A stretch of DNA of 59,996 bases, filler included, from 7 parts of 7 records of this genome joined end to end with filler, not necessarily neighbours in it, one strand, 5' to 3'. Positions 38,816-48,961 are shown, counted from the whole stretch's first letter. Program-made: numbers and translations. Notes: generated by a model from the letters alone, not told the origin.

Positions 38816-39952
38816 ATGGATATGAACAGGATCATCGTCAACCTCCTGCTGAGGCAACCGTTCTACGGCTATATTCTGTCCAGCCTGAATCTTGTCGGAA
38901 GCGGCAGTGTCGATGAGATTAGAGTGAATATCGGGGCTACGGTACAGATGATATACAATCCTGAGTGGCTGGACGCCCTGGAAGAGAGTGAGGCCTACGG
39001 CAGGGTTCTGCATGAGATCCTTCACCTTATTCTGATGCACTCTTTCAGAAGAGGGACCAGAGACCCACTGGTCTGGGCCATGGCCGGAGATCTTGCGGTT
39101 AACGAACATATCTCAAAAGGGATGCACTGGGAAGACGTTCTGACAGTGGAGAAGGCCAACCGAATCCTTGCGGTCGGAATGGAGCCGTTCAAAACGGCGG
39201 ACTACTATTATGATCAGTTATTGGAGGCGGCCCCTCCTTCGACCCTTCCCTTTTCAATTCATAGAAACAGGATGCTGCTTCATTTTCCCGATGAAAAGGA
39301 GCTGGGGGTGAACATCGAGTCTCAGGAGGATCTGTCCGAGCTGAATATGAAGGCCGCCCAGAGCAAACTCGAGGAGATTACAAGACAGGCCGTTGCGGAG
39401 GGCGAGGTCACACCCCGGCTGATGGGGCAGATGGGCGGGATCTATGCCTCTGCCAGAGTGAACTGGCGGAATATTCTGAAGCAGTTTATGACGGGGAAGG
39501 GGCGCACTCAGAGCCATAAGACGGTGAAAAGGGTGTCCAAGAGGTTTGATGACATGCCGGGGAACAAAAGGCACAAAGGCCTGGAAGCCCTTGTGGCCAT
39601 TGATGAGAGCGGATCCATCAACGATGAGGATGTACTGAACTTCTATAAGGAGCTGAGGGGGCTCAAGAGGGTGGTGAAGGCAGATCTGATGGTTACCCGC
39701 TTCGATACCGACTGCACACGCCCCGTTCCCCTGGAGCGCTACCTCAAATCGGCGGACCGGGCCAAAAACGGCGGAACCGACTTCCGTTCCGTTTTCAATC
39801 TGGCGGATTCCCTGAATGCCAGGATCGTCCTGATCTTTACGGACGGCGAAGGGATATTGCCGGAGTCGGTGAGGCAGAATGCTTTATGGCTTCTCACGAA
39901 AAAGACTGATATTCCCCCGAATCTGGGAACGACGGTCTCCTATACAGGGTAA
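38816..39952 (+). CDS. HExxH metallopeptidase-vWA protein (DUF2201 family)
   Basis: HEILH...H..R, A.D.A.N, VNWR..L, DESGS MIDAS, GGTDF, IFTDG. Confidence 0.88.
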   Translation: MDMNRIIVNLLLRQPFYGYILSSLNLVGSGSVDEIRVNIGATVQMIYNPEWLDALEESEAYGRVLHEILHLILMHSFRRGTRDPLVWAMAGDLAVNEHISKGMHWEDVLTVEKANRILAVGMEPFKTADYYYDQLLEAAPPSTLPFSIHRNRMLLHFPDEKELGVNIESQEDLSELNMKAAQSKLEEITRQAVAEGEVTPRLMGQMGGIYASARVNWRNILKQFMTGKGRTQSHKTVKRVSKRFDDMPGNKRHKGLEALVAIDESGSINDEDVLNFYKELRGLKRVVKADLMVTRFDTDCTRPVPLERYLKSADRAKNGGTDFRSVFNLADSLNARIVLIFTDGEGILPESVRQNALWLLTKKTDIPPNLGTTVSYTG

Positions 39953-39956
39953 CGGT

Positions 39957-40077
39957 ATGAGTGTCGTATTCTATATCAGCGGAGGGGAGCTCCGTTTCGA
40001 CAAAAAGATCTTTATAAAGGAGATGCTCCGGCCTGATTCGGCCATGAAGCTTCTGCTGAATTACCGGCTCGAGGATC
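39957..40077 (+). CDS. Hypothetical protein, 5' fragment (third gene of the AAA-vWA operon)
   Basis: ATG 4 nt after the vWA stop; open to contig end. Confidence 0.5.
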
Positions 40078-40177
40078 NNNNNNNNNNNNNNNNNNNNNNN
40101 NNNNNNNNNNNNNNNNNNNNNTTAATTAATTAANNNNNNNNNNNNNNNNNNNNNNNNNNNNNNNNNNNNNNNNNNNN
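40078..40177. other. Artificial contig spacer
   Basis: N linker. Confidence 0.99.
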
Positions 40178-43018
40178 ATGCAGGCCGGGCCGAGAATAGC
40201 CATAGACGCCGTAGCAGCGGGAAAAGAAGCGGCCGAATCCATAGCCCGGTATATCCAGGGCGGTGATATGGCCGAAGGCAGGGCGCCCCTTGCCTTGAGC
40301 GGAGACGAAGACTGGCGCCTGATTCCCAACGACGTACAGAAAAAGGCGCGGCTTTCCATGCCCAAGCTGCCCGCGGAAGAGCGGGTTAAGGATTTCCGGG
40401 AAATTGAACTCGGATTTGATCCGGAATTGGCCAAGGAAGAGGCCGGCCGCTGCCTGTCATGCGGAACATGCTGCCGTTGTTACCAGTGCGTCAAAGCCTG
40501 TCTGCCCGAAGCCGTGACTTTCGAAACGCATAATATGCAGGACGAAATAGTGGAGCTGGAAATCGGGTCCGTGGTTTTGGCGACAGGATTCGATCCTTTC
40601 GATCCCACGGTTTTCGACACCTATAAATATAGTGAACTGCCCAATGTTGTATCGGCCATGGAATTTGAGCGGATTCTTTCCGCTTCAGGCCCGTACCAGG
40701 GACACCTGATTAGACCTTCTGATCACGAAGAGCCCAAAAAGGTGGCCTGGCTGCAGTGCGTGGGGTCCAGGGATCTGAACCGGTGCGACCGTCCTTACTG
40801 TTCTTCCGTATGCTGCATGTATGCCATCAAGGAAGCGGTCATTGCCAAGGAACATGCCGGCGGAGATCTCGACACCACGATTTTCTTCATGGACATGAGG
40901 ACCTACGGCAAGGATTTTGAAAAGTACTATAACCGGGCCCAGGAAATAGGCGTCCGGTTTGTTCGATCGCGGGTTCATACGATCAATCCCAAGCCGGACG
41001 GCGGATTGGTCATGCATTATGCCGATGAGCAGGGCGCCATGCAGAGCGAAGAGTACGACATGGTCGTTCTTTCCGTGGGTATGGAGCCTCCCCAGGGCTT
41101 CCAGGAAGCTGCAAGCCGTTTGGGGGTTGAGCTCACTTCAGAAGGATTCATCGACGCTTCATCCTTTTCGCCGGTCAGTACTTCACGCCCCGGCATTTAC
41201 GCCTGCGGAGCGGTCAATGAGCCCAAGGACATCCCCTTGTCGGTCATGGAAGCGTCGGCCGCGGCCAGCGGGGCGGCTTCCGGTTTGGCCGAAGCCCGTT
41301 TTACCAGGACAAAAATCCTGGAATACCCGGATGAAAGGGATATTGTGGATGAGGCGCCCAGGATCGGCGTGTTTGTCTGCCACTGCGGCATAAACATCGG
41401 CGGCGTGGTTGACGTTCCTTCGGTGGCCGATTATGCCAAGTCCCTGCCGTTTGTCGAATATTCGGATGATAACCTATTTACCTGTTCTTCGGATACCCAG
41501 GGCAAGATAACCGAGGCCATTGTCGAACATAACCTCAACCGCGTGGTTGTGGCTTCTTGTTCGCCCAGGACTCACGAGCCCATGTTCCGGGAAACCCTGA
41601 TGCATGCCGGGTTGAACAAATACCTGTTCGAAATGGCTAATATCCGGGACCACAATTCCTGGGTGCACCAGATGGAACCCGAAAAGGCTACGAAAAAGGC
41701 CCGCGACCTTGTCCGGGCGGCCGTGGCCAAGGCGGCCCTGCTTCAGCCCATGCACCAGACTCCCATGGGGTTGACCAAGGAAGCCGTGGTTGTCGGCGGC
41801 GGCGTGGCCGGTATGAGTGCGGCCCTGGCCCTGGCCGAGCAGGGCTACCCTGTTCATTTGGTTGAAAAGTCGGAGAGCCTGGGCGGTAATGCCGTCCGCC
41901 TTAACGCCACCTGGAAGGGCGAAGATATCAAGTCTTTTACCCAAGGGCTGGTGGACGAGGTCGAATCGGCTGAATTGATAAACGTCTATAAAAATGCATT
42001 TATAAAATCCAGCAGCGGTTTTCTGGGCAACTTCGAGACGGTTGTTTCATCGCCGCAAGGCGATGTCACGGTCCTGCACGGCGCGGCTATAGTCGCCACC
42101 GGCGGAAAGCCGTACTCACCTGAAGAATACTTGTACGGTCAGCATGACCGGGTGTTCACCACCCTGGAAATGGACAGCGTCCTGTCTGAAGACACGGAAA
42201 AAATCCGGAATGCATCGGCCGCGGTTTTCATCCAGTGCGTGGGCTCCCGCGAACCTGACAGGCCGTATTGTTCGAAAATCTGCTGCACCCATTCAGTGGA
42301 GAGCGCCTTGCGCATCAAGGAAATCAATCCCGAGGCCAAGGTTTATATCCTTTATAGGGACATCAGGACCTATGGTTTCCGTGAGGAGATTTACAAGGAA
42401 GCAAGGGCCAAGGGCGTAATCTTTATCCGTTACGATATAGAAAGCAAACCGGTTGTTGAAGCCGCCGGGTCCGACAAGGTCCAGGTGACTGTCACCGATC
42501 ATATCCTGGGCTTGCCCGTTCAGATAGAAGCGGACCTGCTGACCCTGGCAGCGGCTATTCAGCCCAATGAAGCCAGGGAAGTCACCGAGTCTTTCAAGGT
42601 CCAACAGAATGCGGAAGGATTCTTCCTTGAAGCCCATATGAAGCTCAGGCCGGTTGATTTTGCAAATGAAGGAATGTTCCTGGCCGGCCTGGCCCATTAT
42701 CCCAAGCCGATTGAGGAGTCAATCGCCCAGGCCAAGGCCGCGGCTGCGCGCGCTTCAACCATCCTGGCCAAGGATTCAATCGCCGTCGGCGGGATTGTGG
42801 CCACGGTAACGCCGGAAAAATGCGCGGTCTGCCTGACTTGCGTAAGGACTTGTCCTTTTGGGGTTCCTTACATAGGAGAAGATGGATACGCGGTTATTGA
42901 ACCGGCTATATGTCAAGGATGCGGGGCCTGTGTTTCGGAATGTCCGGGCAAGGCCATCACATTACAATTCTTTACCGACGAGCAGATCCTGGCCAAAACC
43001 GAGGCTCTGGTCGGCTGA
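40178..43018 (+). CDS. hdrA: Large heterodisulfide reductase A-like flavoprotein (HdrL-type fusion), 5' truncated
   Basis: GltD-like tail (AVAAGKEAA..I), then two HdrA modules (QCVGSR...YCS..CC, GVFVCHCG.NI, SCSPRTHE, EMANIR, GGGVAG) and a C-terminal 2x[4Fe-4S] ferredoxin. Confidence 0.9.
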   Translation: MQAGPRIAIDAVAAGKEAAESIARYIQGGDMAEGRAPLALSGDEDWRLIPNDVQKKARLSMPKLPAEERVKDFREIELGFDPELAKEEAGRCLSCGTCCRCYQCVKACLPEAVTFETHNMQDEIVELEIGSVVLATGFDPFDPTVFDTYKYSELPNVVSAMEFERILSASGPYQGHLIRPSDHEEPKKVAWLQCVGSRDLNRCDRPYCSSVCCMYAIKEAVIAKEHAGGDLDTTIFFMDMRTYGKDFEKYYNRAQEIGVRFVRSRVHTINPKPDGGLVMHYADEQGAMQSEEYDMVVLSVGMEPPQGFQEAASRLGVELTSEGFIDASSFSPVSTSRPGIYACGAVNEPKDIPLSVMEASAAASGAASGLAEARFTRTKILEYPDERDIVDEAPRIGVFVCHCGINIGGVVDVPSVADYAKSLPFVEYSDDNLFTCSSDTQGKITEAIVEHNLNRVVVASCSPRTHEPMFRETLMHAGLNKYLFEMANIRDHNSWVHQMEPEKATKKARDLVRAAVAKAALLQPMHQTPMGLTKEAVVVGGGVAGMSAALALAEQGYPVHLVEKSESLGGNAVRLNATWKGEDIKSFTQGLVDEVESAELINVYKNAFIKSSSGFLGNFETVVSSPQGDVTVLHGAAIVATGGKPYSPEEYLYGQHDRVFTTLEMDSVLSEDTEKIRNASAAVFIQCVGSREPDRPYCSKICCTHSVESALRIKEINPEAKVYILYRDIRTYGFREEIYKEARAKGVIFIRYDIESKPVVEAAGSDKVQVTVTDHILGLPVQIEADLLTLAAAIQPNEAREVTESFKVQQNAEGFFLEAHMKLRPVDFANEGMFLAGLAHYPKPIEESIAQAKAAAARASTILAKDSIAVGGIVATVTPEKCAVCLTCVRTCPFGVPYIGEDGYAVIEPAICQGCGACVSECPGKAITLQFFTDEQILAKTEALVG

Positions 43019-43040
43019 TCGTATTTTCTGTGAGGTGGTT

Positions 43041-43469
43041 ATGTCCGAGTTTGAACCTAAAATTGTGGCCTTCTGCTGTCAGTACTGAGCTTACAGCGCC
43101 GCGGACCTGGCAGGTTCGATGAGACTTCAGTACCCGACCAATGTGGAAATAATAAGAGTGCCTTGCACGGGAAGAGTTGATATAATTCATCTTCTCAAGG
43201 CGTTGGAAGACGGCGCCGACGGTGTTTATGCGGCCGGTTGCGAGGAGGGGGATTGCCACTATCTCACCGGCAATCTCAAGGCTCGCAAGAGAGTCGAATA
43301 CGTTCAAAAAGTGTTGGAGGAACTGGGCGTTGAAAAGGAAAGGGTGGCCATGTACAACCTTTCCGCAGCCCAGGGACCGAGGTTTGTGGAAATAGCCAAG
43401 GAATTTACTGAAATTATCAGGGGATTAGGTTCCAGTCCTTTCAAGAAGCCTACCGCAAAAGCGGCTTGA
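43041..43469 (+). CDS. mvhD: MvhD/FlpD [2Fe-2S] subunit containing selenocysteine (in-frame TGA at 43086)
   Basis: MSEFEPKIVAFCCQY-U-AYSAADLAGSMRLQYP...PCTGRV...GC..GDCHY..GN; the TGA is at a conserved Cys position; RBS GAGG. Confidence 0.92.
43102..43118 (+). promoter_or_regulatory. Candidate bacterial SECIS hairpin
   Basis: CGGACCT-GGC-AGGTTCG starting 13 nt after the UGA. Confidence 0.65.
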
Positions 43470-43491
43470 ACGACGCCCGGAAAGGAATGCC

Positions 43492-44160
43492 ATGATTGTT
43501 GCGGAGAGAAAACCGATAGAAGAAATCCTGGAAATGGTAAAGGATTTCAGGAAGGTGCTAGTTGTCGGCTGCAAGGGGTGTGTCACGGTCTGTAACGCGG
43601 GCGGACGCAAGGAAGTCGGCATCCTGGCCTCGATTATCAGGCTGGCCAGGGAAAAGGAAGACAATCCTATCGAGGTGGATGAACACACTCTCGAACGACA
43701 GTGCGACCCGGAATACATTGAACAACTGGATGCAATGGCGGCGAATTACGACGCCATATTATCCATGGCCTGCAGCATCGGGCCGCAGTTCATTTCCGAA
43801 CGTTTTCCGGAAGCGATTGTTTTTCCCGCTCTGAATACGAATTTTCTCGGAGGCGCCATTGAGCACGGCGTGTGGGGAGAATTCTGCCAGGCATGCGGAA
43901 ACTGTAAAATTCACCTTTTCGGCGGTCTGTGCCCTATAGCCCGTTGCTCCAAGAGCTTGCTCAACGGGCCGTGCGGCGGGTCGGCCGGAGGCAAGTGCGA
44001 AATTCACAAGGAAGTGGATTGCGTCTGGCACCTGATTGTTGAAAAATTGATGAAGCAGGGAAAACTGGCACAACTGGTCGACGTCAAACCGGTCAAGGAC
44101 TGGGCCTCTAGCAGGGACGGAGGGCCTCGCAAGATCGTCAGGGAGGATCTCAAGCTATGA
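43492..44160 (+). CDS. metV: MetV (methylene-THF reductase Fe-S/Zn subunit)
   Basis: GC.GC..VC, RQCD, C..CG.C, CP..RCSKSLLNGPCGG...CE...C.W. Confidence 0.9.
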   Translation: MIVAERKPIEEILEMVKDFRKVLVVGCKGCVTVCNAGGRKEVGILASIIRLAREKEDNPIEVDEHTLERQCDPEYIEQLDAMAANYDAILSMACSIGPQFISERFPEAIVFPALNTNFLGGAIEHGVWGEFCQACGNCKIHLFGGLCPIARCSKSLLNGPCGGSAGGKCEIHKEVDCVWHLIVEKLMKQGKLAQLVDVKPVKDWASSRDGGPRKIVREDLKL

Positions 44161-45086
44161 AGTCTGGTAGTAATCTGGAAAAGATGCTGGCCGCGGGTCA
44201 TTTTGCCGTCACCGGTGAGTGCGGCCCTCCTCGAAGCGCGGATGACAAGATAATTCGTGAAAAAGGGAGCCATCTCAAGGGAATGGTAGATTCGGTCAAC
44301 ATGACGGACAACCAGACCAGCGTGGTCAGAATGTCTTCATTGGCCGGCAGTCTGGTTCTGCAGCAGGAAGGTCTGGAAGCCAATATGCAGATGGTCTGCC
44401 GCGACCGAAACCGCATTGCCATCCAGTCCGACATTCTCGGCGCTTATGCCCTGGGCATAAGAAATCTCCTGTGTCTGTCGGGCGATCATCAAAAATTCGG
44501 CGATCATCCGGCCTCAAAAAATGTGTTCTGTCTGGATTCGGTGCAACTGATCCAAACATTAAAAATGATGCGGGATGAAAGAAAGCTTCTTTCAGGCCAG
44601 GAAATGGAAGAAGGAACCGAACCGAGAATATTTATCGGGGCGGCCGTGAATCCGTTCGCCGACCCCTTTGAATACAGGGTGCATCGGCTGGCCAAAAAAG
44701 TAGCCGCCGGCGTTGATTTCGTTCAAACGCAGTGTATCTACAATATGCCCAAGTTCAGGGAATATATGAAACAGGCCGTGGATATGGGGCTGACGGAAAA
44801 GGTTTACATTCTGGCCGGAATCACACCCATGAAGTCTTTAGGTATGGCGCGATACATGAAGAATTTCGTACCCGGCATGGACGTGCCAGATGATGTTATA
44901 GATCGTATAAAAGGCTCGCCCAAGAAGGAACAGGGCAAGGAAGGCATAAAAATGGCGGTCGAGCAGATTGAGGAGATGAAAAGAATTCCCGGCGTGGCCG
45001 GAGTACATCTCATGCTCATCGAATGGGAGGAACGCGTGCCCGAACTCGCGGAAGCCGCGGGACTCCTGCCCAGGCCGGCTGTCTAG
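44157..45086 (+). CDS. metF: Methylenetetrahydrofolate reductase MetF
   Basis: E.GPP, TDN, CRDRNR.A.QSD, LSGDH, KK..AG..F.QTQ. Confidence 0.93.
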   Translation: MKSGSNLEKMLAAGHFAVTGECGPPRSADDKIIREKGSHLKGMVDSVNMTDNQTSVVRMSSLAGSLVLQQEGLEANMQMVCRDRNRIAIQSDILGAYALGIRNLLCLSGDHQKFGDHPASKNVFCLDSVQLIQTLKMMRDERKLLSGQEMEEGTEPRIFIGAAVNPFADPFEYRVHRLAKKVAAGVDFVQTQCIYNMPKFREYMKQAVDMGLTEKVYILAGITPMKSLGMARYMKNFVPGMDVPDDVIDRIKGSPKKEQGKEGIKMAVEQIEEMKRIPGVAGVHLMLIEWEERVPELAEAAGLLPRPAV

Positions 45087-45136
45087 GCAGCGCTATTAAG
45101 TTGACGGGCTCACTGCCCTGAAAAACCAAGTATCAT

Positions 45137-45176
45137 AAAAAAGGCCGGAGCCGTTGTAAGCGGCGACGGCCTTTTA
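45137..45176. terminator. Bidirectional terminator between metF and gabD
   Basis: AAAAAAGGCCG...CGGCCTTTTAT. Confidence 0.75.
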
Positions 45177-45213
45177 TTACAGTATAAACAGGCTCTGAAA
45201 CATTGCCTGTCTT

Positions 45214-46641
45214 CTATACCGAAATCCCGACAAGCTTTGTATCCAGGTATTCCCCTATCCCCTCTTTTGCGCCTTCCCGGCCCAGGCCGCTTTCCTTGAC
45301 TCCGCCGAAGGGAGCCGAGGCCGCCGTAGGATTGATGTCATTGATGCCGATAATGCCGAAATTCAGGCCCTCAGCCGTGGTTACGGCCTTGGAAAGGTCT
45401 TTGGTATAAATATAAGCCGCCAAGCCGTAATCCGTGTCATTGGCCATGGCCAAAAGATCATCTTCGTCATCATAGGATATAACGGGCGCCAAGGGGCCGA
45501 AAGTCTCCTCCCGGTAAATCAGCATTTCTTTCGTAACGCCGGTCAGGACCGTGGGGGCATAAAAGAACCCCTTGTCCAGATCGTTTTCCGTCAACCTCTT
45601 TCCACCGCAAACCACCGAAGCGCCCTTGGAAATTGCGTCGGCAACCTGGTTTTCAATCTTGGCCATCGCCGCCTCGTTGACCAGGGGGCCTACGCCCGTC
45701 CCCTTTTCAAGCCCGTTTCCGGCCACAAGCTTTCCGGTGCGTTTTGAAAACTCGTCCACAAAAGCATCCACCGAATCCTTGTGCACATAGATCCGGTTGG
45801 GGCTGATACAGGCCTGCCCGGTGTTTAAAAACTTAACCAAGACGCATCCCTTGGCCGCAAAGACCGGGTCCGCATCCTTTAAAACCAGAAAAGGAGCATG
45901 GCCGCCCAATTCCAGGGAAACCCGTTTCATCTGCCGGGCGGATGCCTCGGCAATCATTTTGCCCACGGGGGTCGATCCGGTAAATGTGATTTTGCGGACG
46001 CGTTTGTCCGAAAGCCAGGCCGAGCCCACTGGCGCCGGGTTTTTGGCTGTCACCAGGTTTACCACTCCCGGCGGAATCCCGGCTTCCTCAAAAACCTTGA
46101 AAATCTCGACAGCGCACAAGGGGGTGTCCTCGGCCGGTTTCAAAACCAGGGTGCACCCGGCGGCTAAAGCCGGGGCCGCCTTGCGGGTGATCATGCTCAT
46201 GGGGTAATTCCAGGGTGTGACGGCCGCCACAATCCCTACCGGCTTTTTCATGACGATAAACCGCTGGTCCTTGCGGGGGGCTGGAATCGTCTCCCCGTAG
46301 ACTCGTTTGGCCTCTTCCGCGAACCATTGTAAAAAATCAGCCCCGTACTTTACTTCGCCCTTGGAAAATCTCAGGGGTTTGCCCTGCTCAGTGGTCATGA
46401 TCTTGGCCAGATGATCCCAGCGGTCCATCATGATCCGCCAGGCCTCGTATAAATAGGAAGACCGCTCATAGGCCGTGAGCCCGGACCAAAGAGGAAGTGC
46501 TTCGGCGGCCGCGTCCACGGCGCGGACAGCGTCTTCGGTCCCGCCGTCCGGTGCGGTCCCGATGACCTCGCCGTTAAAGGGATTGATGACGTCGAAGAAC
46601 TTTCCCCCGGCGGCGTCCGTCCACTTTCCGTTAATGTACAT
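45214..46641 (-). CDS. gabD: NAD(P)-dependent succinate-semialdehyde dehydrogenase
   Basis: TPWNYP, FTGST, LELGG.AP, GQAC, EETFGP, PFGGVKESGLGREG. Confidence 0.88.
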   Translation of the reverse strand: MYINGKWTDAAGGKFFDVINPFNGEVIGTAPDGGTEDAVRAVDAAAEALPLWSGLTAYERSSYLYEAWRIMMDRWDHLAKIMTTEQGKPLRFSKGEVKYGADFLQWFAEEAKRVYGETIPAPRKDQRFIVMKKPVGIVAAVTPWNYPMSMITRKAAPALAAGCTLVLKPAEDTPLCAVEIFKVFEEAGIPPGVVNLVTAKNPAPVGSAWLSDKRVRKITFTGSTPVGKMIAEASARQMKRVSLELGGHAPFLVLKDADPVFAAKGCVLVKFLNTGQACISPNRIYVHKDSVDAFVDEFSKRTGKLVAGNGLEKGTGVGPLVNEAAMAKIENQVADAISKGASVVCGGKRLTENDLDKGFFYAPTVLTGVTKEMLIYREETFGPLAPVISYDDEDDLLAMANDTDYGLAAYIYTKDLSKAVTTAEGLNFGIIGINDINPTAASAPFGGVKESGLGREGAKEGIGEYLDTKLVGISV

Positions 46642-46893
46642 GGAATCCTCCTTATTTTAAAATATCCTGAGGTTTGGTCCTGTTAACCAGGCATTGATAT
46701 TGGCTGGAAGGTTTGAGCGTCGCCCACAAGAGGCAATTTCCCGCCTGTTTCCTTAAAAGAATCCTTTTCCAAATTTAAGGTATAGTAATTCATCGCCGGT
46801 TTTATGGTCAAGCCGAAACCTTTTTTCATCTTGCATTAATATAATGGATGGCATTAATATTGCCCCCTATAATTCGTGATGGGTTGGTAGACT

Positions 46894-47520
46894 ATGCGAA
46901 GAAACAAGTATGAAATAACAGACCGGGATGAAATGATCCGTATAATGGCCGAGGCCAATGTCGGCCGTATGGCCACGATTGACGCGGATGGATATCCTTA
47001 TATTACTCCTGTTAATTTTGTCTTTCATGAAGGGGCCGTTTATTTTCATTGCGCCCTGGAAGGCGAAAAGCTGGATAATATTGATCGGGATCCCAGGGTC
47101 TGCTTTGAAGTCGATATTCCTCTGGCTTACCTTGAGGTTGCTTTTAATGAGAAAAACAGCCCCTGCAACACACACCAGCTTTTTCATTGCGTGGTTATGA
47201 GGGGTAAGGCCCGCGTGCTTCCCGACGGCCAATTGAAGGTTGAGGCGCTTAATGCGCTGGTGGCCAAGCACGAAGGGAATGAAGATTTTACTCCTGTAAG
47301 CGAGGATATGCCCGCCTACAAAATCTGCAAGGTTGTTGAGATTATACCGGAGAGTATGACCGGAAAATCTGACCTTGCTCAAACCAAGCCCAAAGACGGA
47401 GAACGCAAGGATATCGCTGAAAAGCTGATTCGGCGCGGACATGCCGCCGATCTGGAAACCGTCCGGGCCATGGGGTACGAACTAGAAGGCGACGACAACA
47501 AAGGCCTGCGTGTGAAATAG
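46894..47520 (+). CDS. Pyridoxamine 5'-phosphate oxidase / NimA-like flavin-binding protein
   Basis: MRR, PYITP.NF, YFHCA.EG.K, VCFEV. Confidence 0.85.
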   Translation: MRRNKYEITDRDEMIRIMAEANVGRMATIDADGYPYITPVNFVFHEGAVYFHCALEGEKLDNIDRDPRVCFEVDIPLAYLEVAFNEKNSPCNTHQLFHCVVMRGKARVLPDGQLKVEALNALVAKHEGNEDFTPVSEDMPAYKICKVVEIIPESMTGKSDLAQTKPKDGERKDIAEKLIRRGHAADLETVRAMGYELEGDDNKGLRVK

Positions 47521-47523
47521 ATT

Positions 47524-48048
47524 ATGGGCGAACTTACCTTGATACTTGGAGGAGCCAAAAGCGGCAAGACTACCATGGCTCTGGAACTATGCGGCCGCTA
47601 CCCTGCTTCGCGTCTGTACCTGGCCACTGCCGAGGCCGGCGACAACGAAATGAAAGAACGGATTAAAAGGCACCAGGCCGAAAGAGGTCCGGAATGGTTT
47701 ACAGTGGAAGAGTCTCTTGATCCGGCCGGAATAATTAGCGGATTAGAGAAGGATTACGCCTCTGTTGTCTTGCTTGATTGCCTGACTTTGTGGTTGAGCA
47801 ACCTCTTGGCCGGCAGCGGTTTGAATACGGATGAAGCGGTTGACCGTGTGAAAAAACTGGCCGATGCAATCGCTTCCGCTCCATGCCCCGTGGTGATAGT
47901 TAGCAATGACGTCGGCATGGGTATAGTTCCCGGGAACAGACTGGCCAGGGATTTTCGGGATGCTTCAGGGGCGGCCCACCAGGTTCTGGCCAAATGCGCA
48001 AAAGAAGTGTTTATGGTTACGGCCGGGTTGGCGCAGAAACTTAAGTGA
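47524..48048 (+). CDS. cobU: Adenosylcobinamide kinase / guanylyltransferase
   Basis: GGAKSGK, EM.ERI.RH, DCLTLWLSN, VSN.VG.GIVP, FRD..G. Confidence 0.95.
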   Translation: MGELTLILGGAKSGKTTMALELCGRYPASRLYLATAEAGDNEMKERIKRHQAERGPEWFTVEESLDPAGIISGLEKDYASVVLLDCLTLWLSNLLAGSGLNTDEAVDRVKKLADAIASAPCPVVIVSNDVGMGIVPGNRLARDFRDASGAAHQVLAKCAKEVFMVTAGLAQKLK

Positions 48049-48071
48049 TAGATCCGGAGATTTAATAAACC

Positions 48072-48821
48072 ATGTTGCGCAGTTTGCTGATCGCCATACA
48101 GTTCATGACAATTTTCCGTTTCCGCAATGATTTGAATGAAACTTCGGAAGATATGGCCGCGTCCGTGGGTGCGTACCCCTTGGTCGGACTTATCCTGGGA
48201 TGCCTGTTAACCATTTGCTGCCTGGTTTTTGTTCGTTTATTTCCCCCGACAATTGTCGGTTTTCTGGCGGTTTTAGTTCTGGCGATTTTTACCCAGGGCC
48301 TCCATTTGGACGGCGTCGCCGACACGGCCGACGGGCTTCTCTCCCACAGGGACAGGAAGCGGAAGCTTGAAATAATGAAGGACAGCACCGTGGGCGCTTT
48401 TGGGGCCGTAGCCCTGATATTCATTATCCTGATAAAAGGCGTTGCACTGTCCGAACTTGTTCGGGTTGAAATGTGGGGCGCCGTGGTTCTGTTTCCGGTC
48501 TGGTCGAGATGGGCGACATCCATAACGGCCTGCCTTTCAAATTACGCCAGGCTCGAAGGCGGATTGGGGCGGCCTTTCATTGAAATGACCGGCAATGGCC
48601 AGTTGATTTCATCCGCCGCAACGGCCCTGCTTCTTTCAATACTTATCATGGGGACGGCAGGTTTGATAAGCGCCCTGGTCGTAGCCCTGGCCGCCGTGCT
48701 GGGCGTTCATGTCTGGAACCGTCAAATCGGAGGAGTCACCGGCGATATCCTCGGCGCGGTAATAGAATTATCGGAATGCCTTGGGCTGCTTGCCGCCGCG
48801 GCCTGGATAAAATGTTTCTAA
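48072..48821 (+). CDS. cobS: Cobalamin synthase
   Basis: GLHLDG.ADTADG, IMKDS.VG.FG, GGVTGDILGA. Confidence 0.95.
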   Translation: MLRSLLIAIQFMTIFRFRNDLNETSEDMAASVGAYPLVGLILGCLLTICCLVFVRLFPPTIVGFLAVLVLAIFTQGLHLDGVADTADGLLSHRDRKRKLEIMKDSTVGAFGAVALIFIILIKGVALSELVRVEMWGAVVLFPVWSRWATSITACLSNYARLEGGLGRPFIEMTGNGQLISSAATALLLSILIMGTAGLISALVVALAAVLGVHVWNRQIGGVTGDILGAVIELSECLGLLAAAAWIKCF

Positions 48822-48961
48822 AATGTAATCGGTTTGCCCTACTCTTACCCGGTTCTTGTGGGAAAAATTCCTTAATATTTAAGAACTATTCGGTTAATAC
48901 AAGCCTTCAACCCGATTGTTGAGGCGCGGTAATTTTATTATCAATGGTCCTGGAGGTATAA

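Noticed and set aside
43086-43088. mvhD as a nonsense pseudogene
   Set aside because: The TGA is at a conserved Cys position with a downstream hairpin and an otherwise intact frame; selenocysteine explains it better
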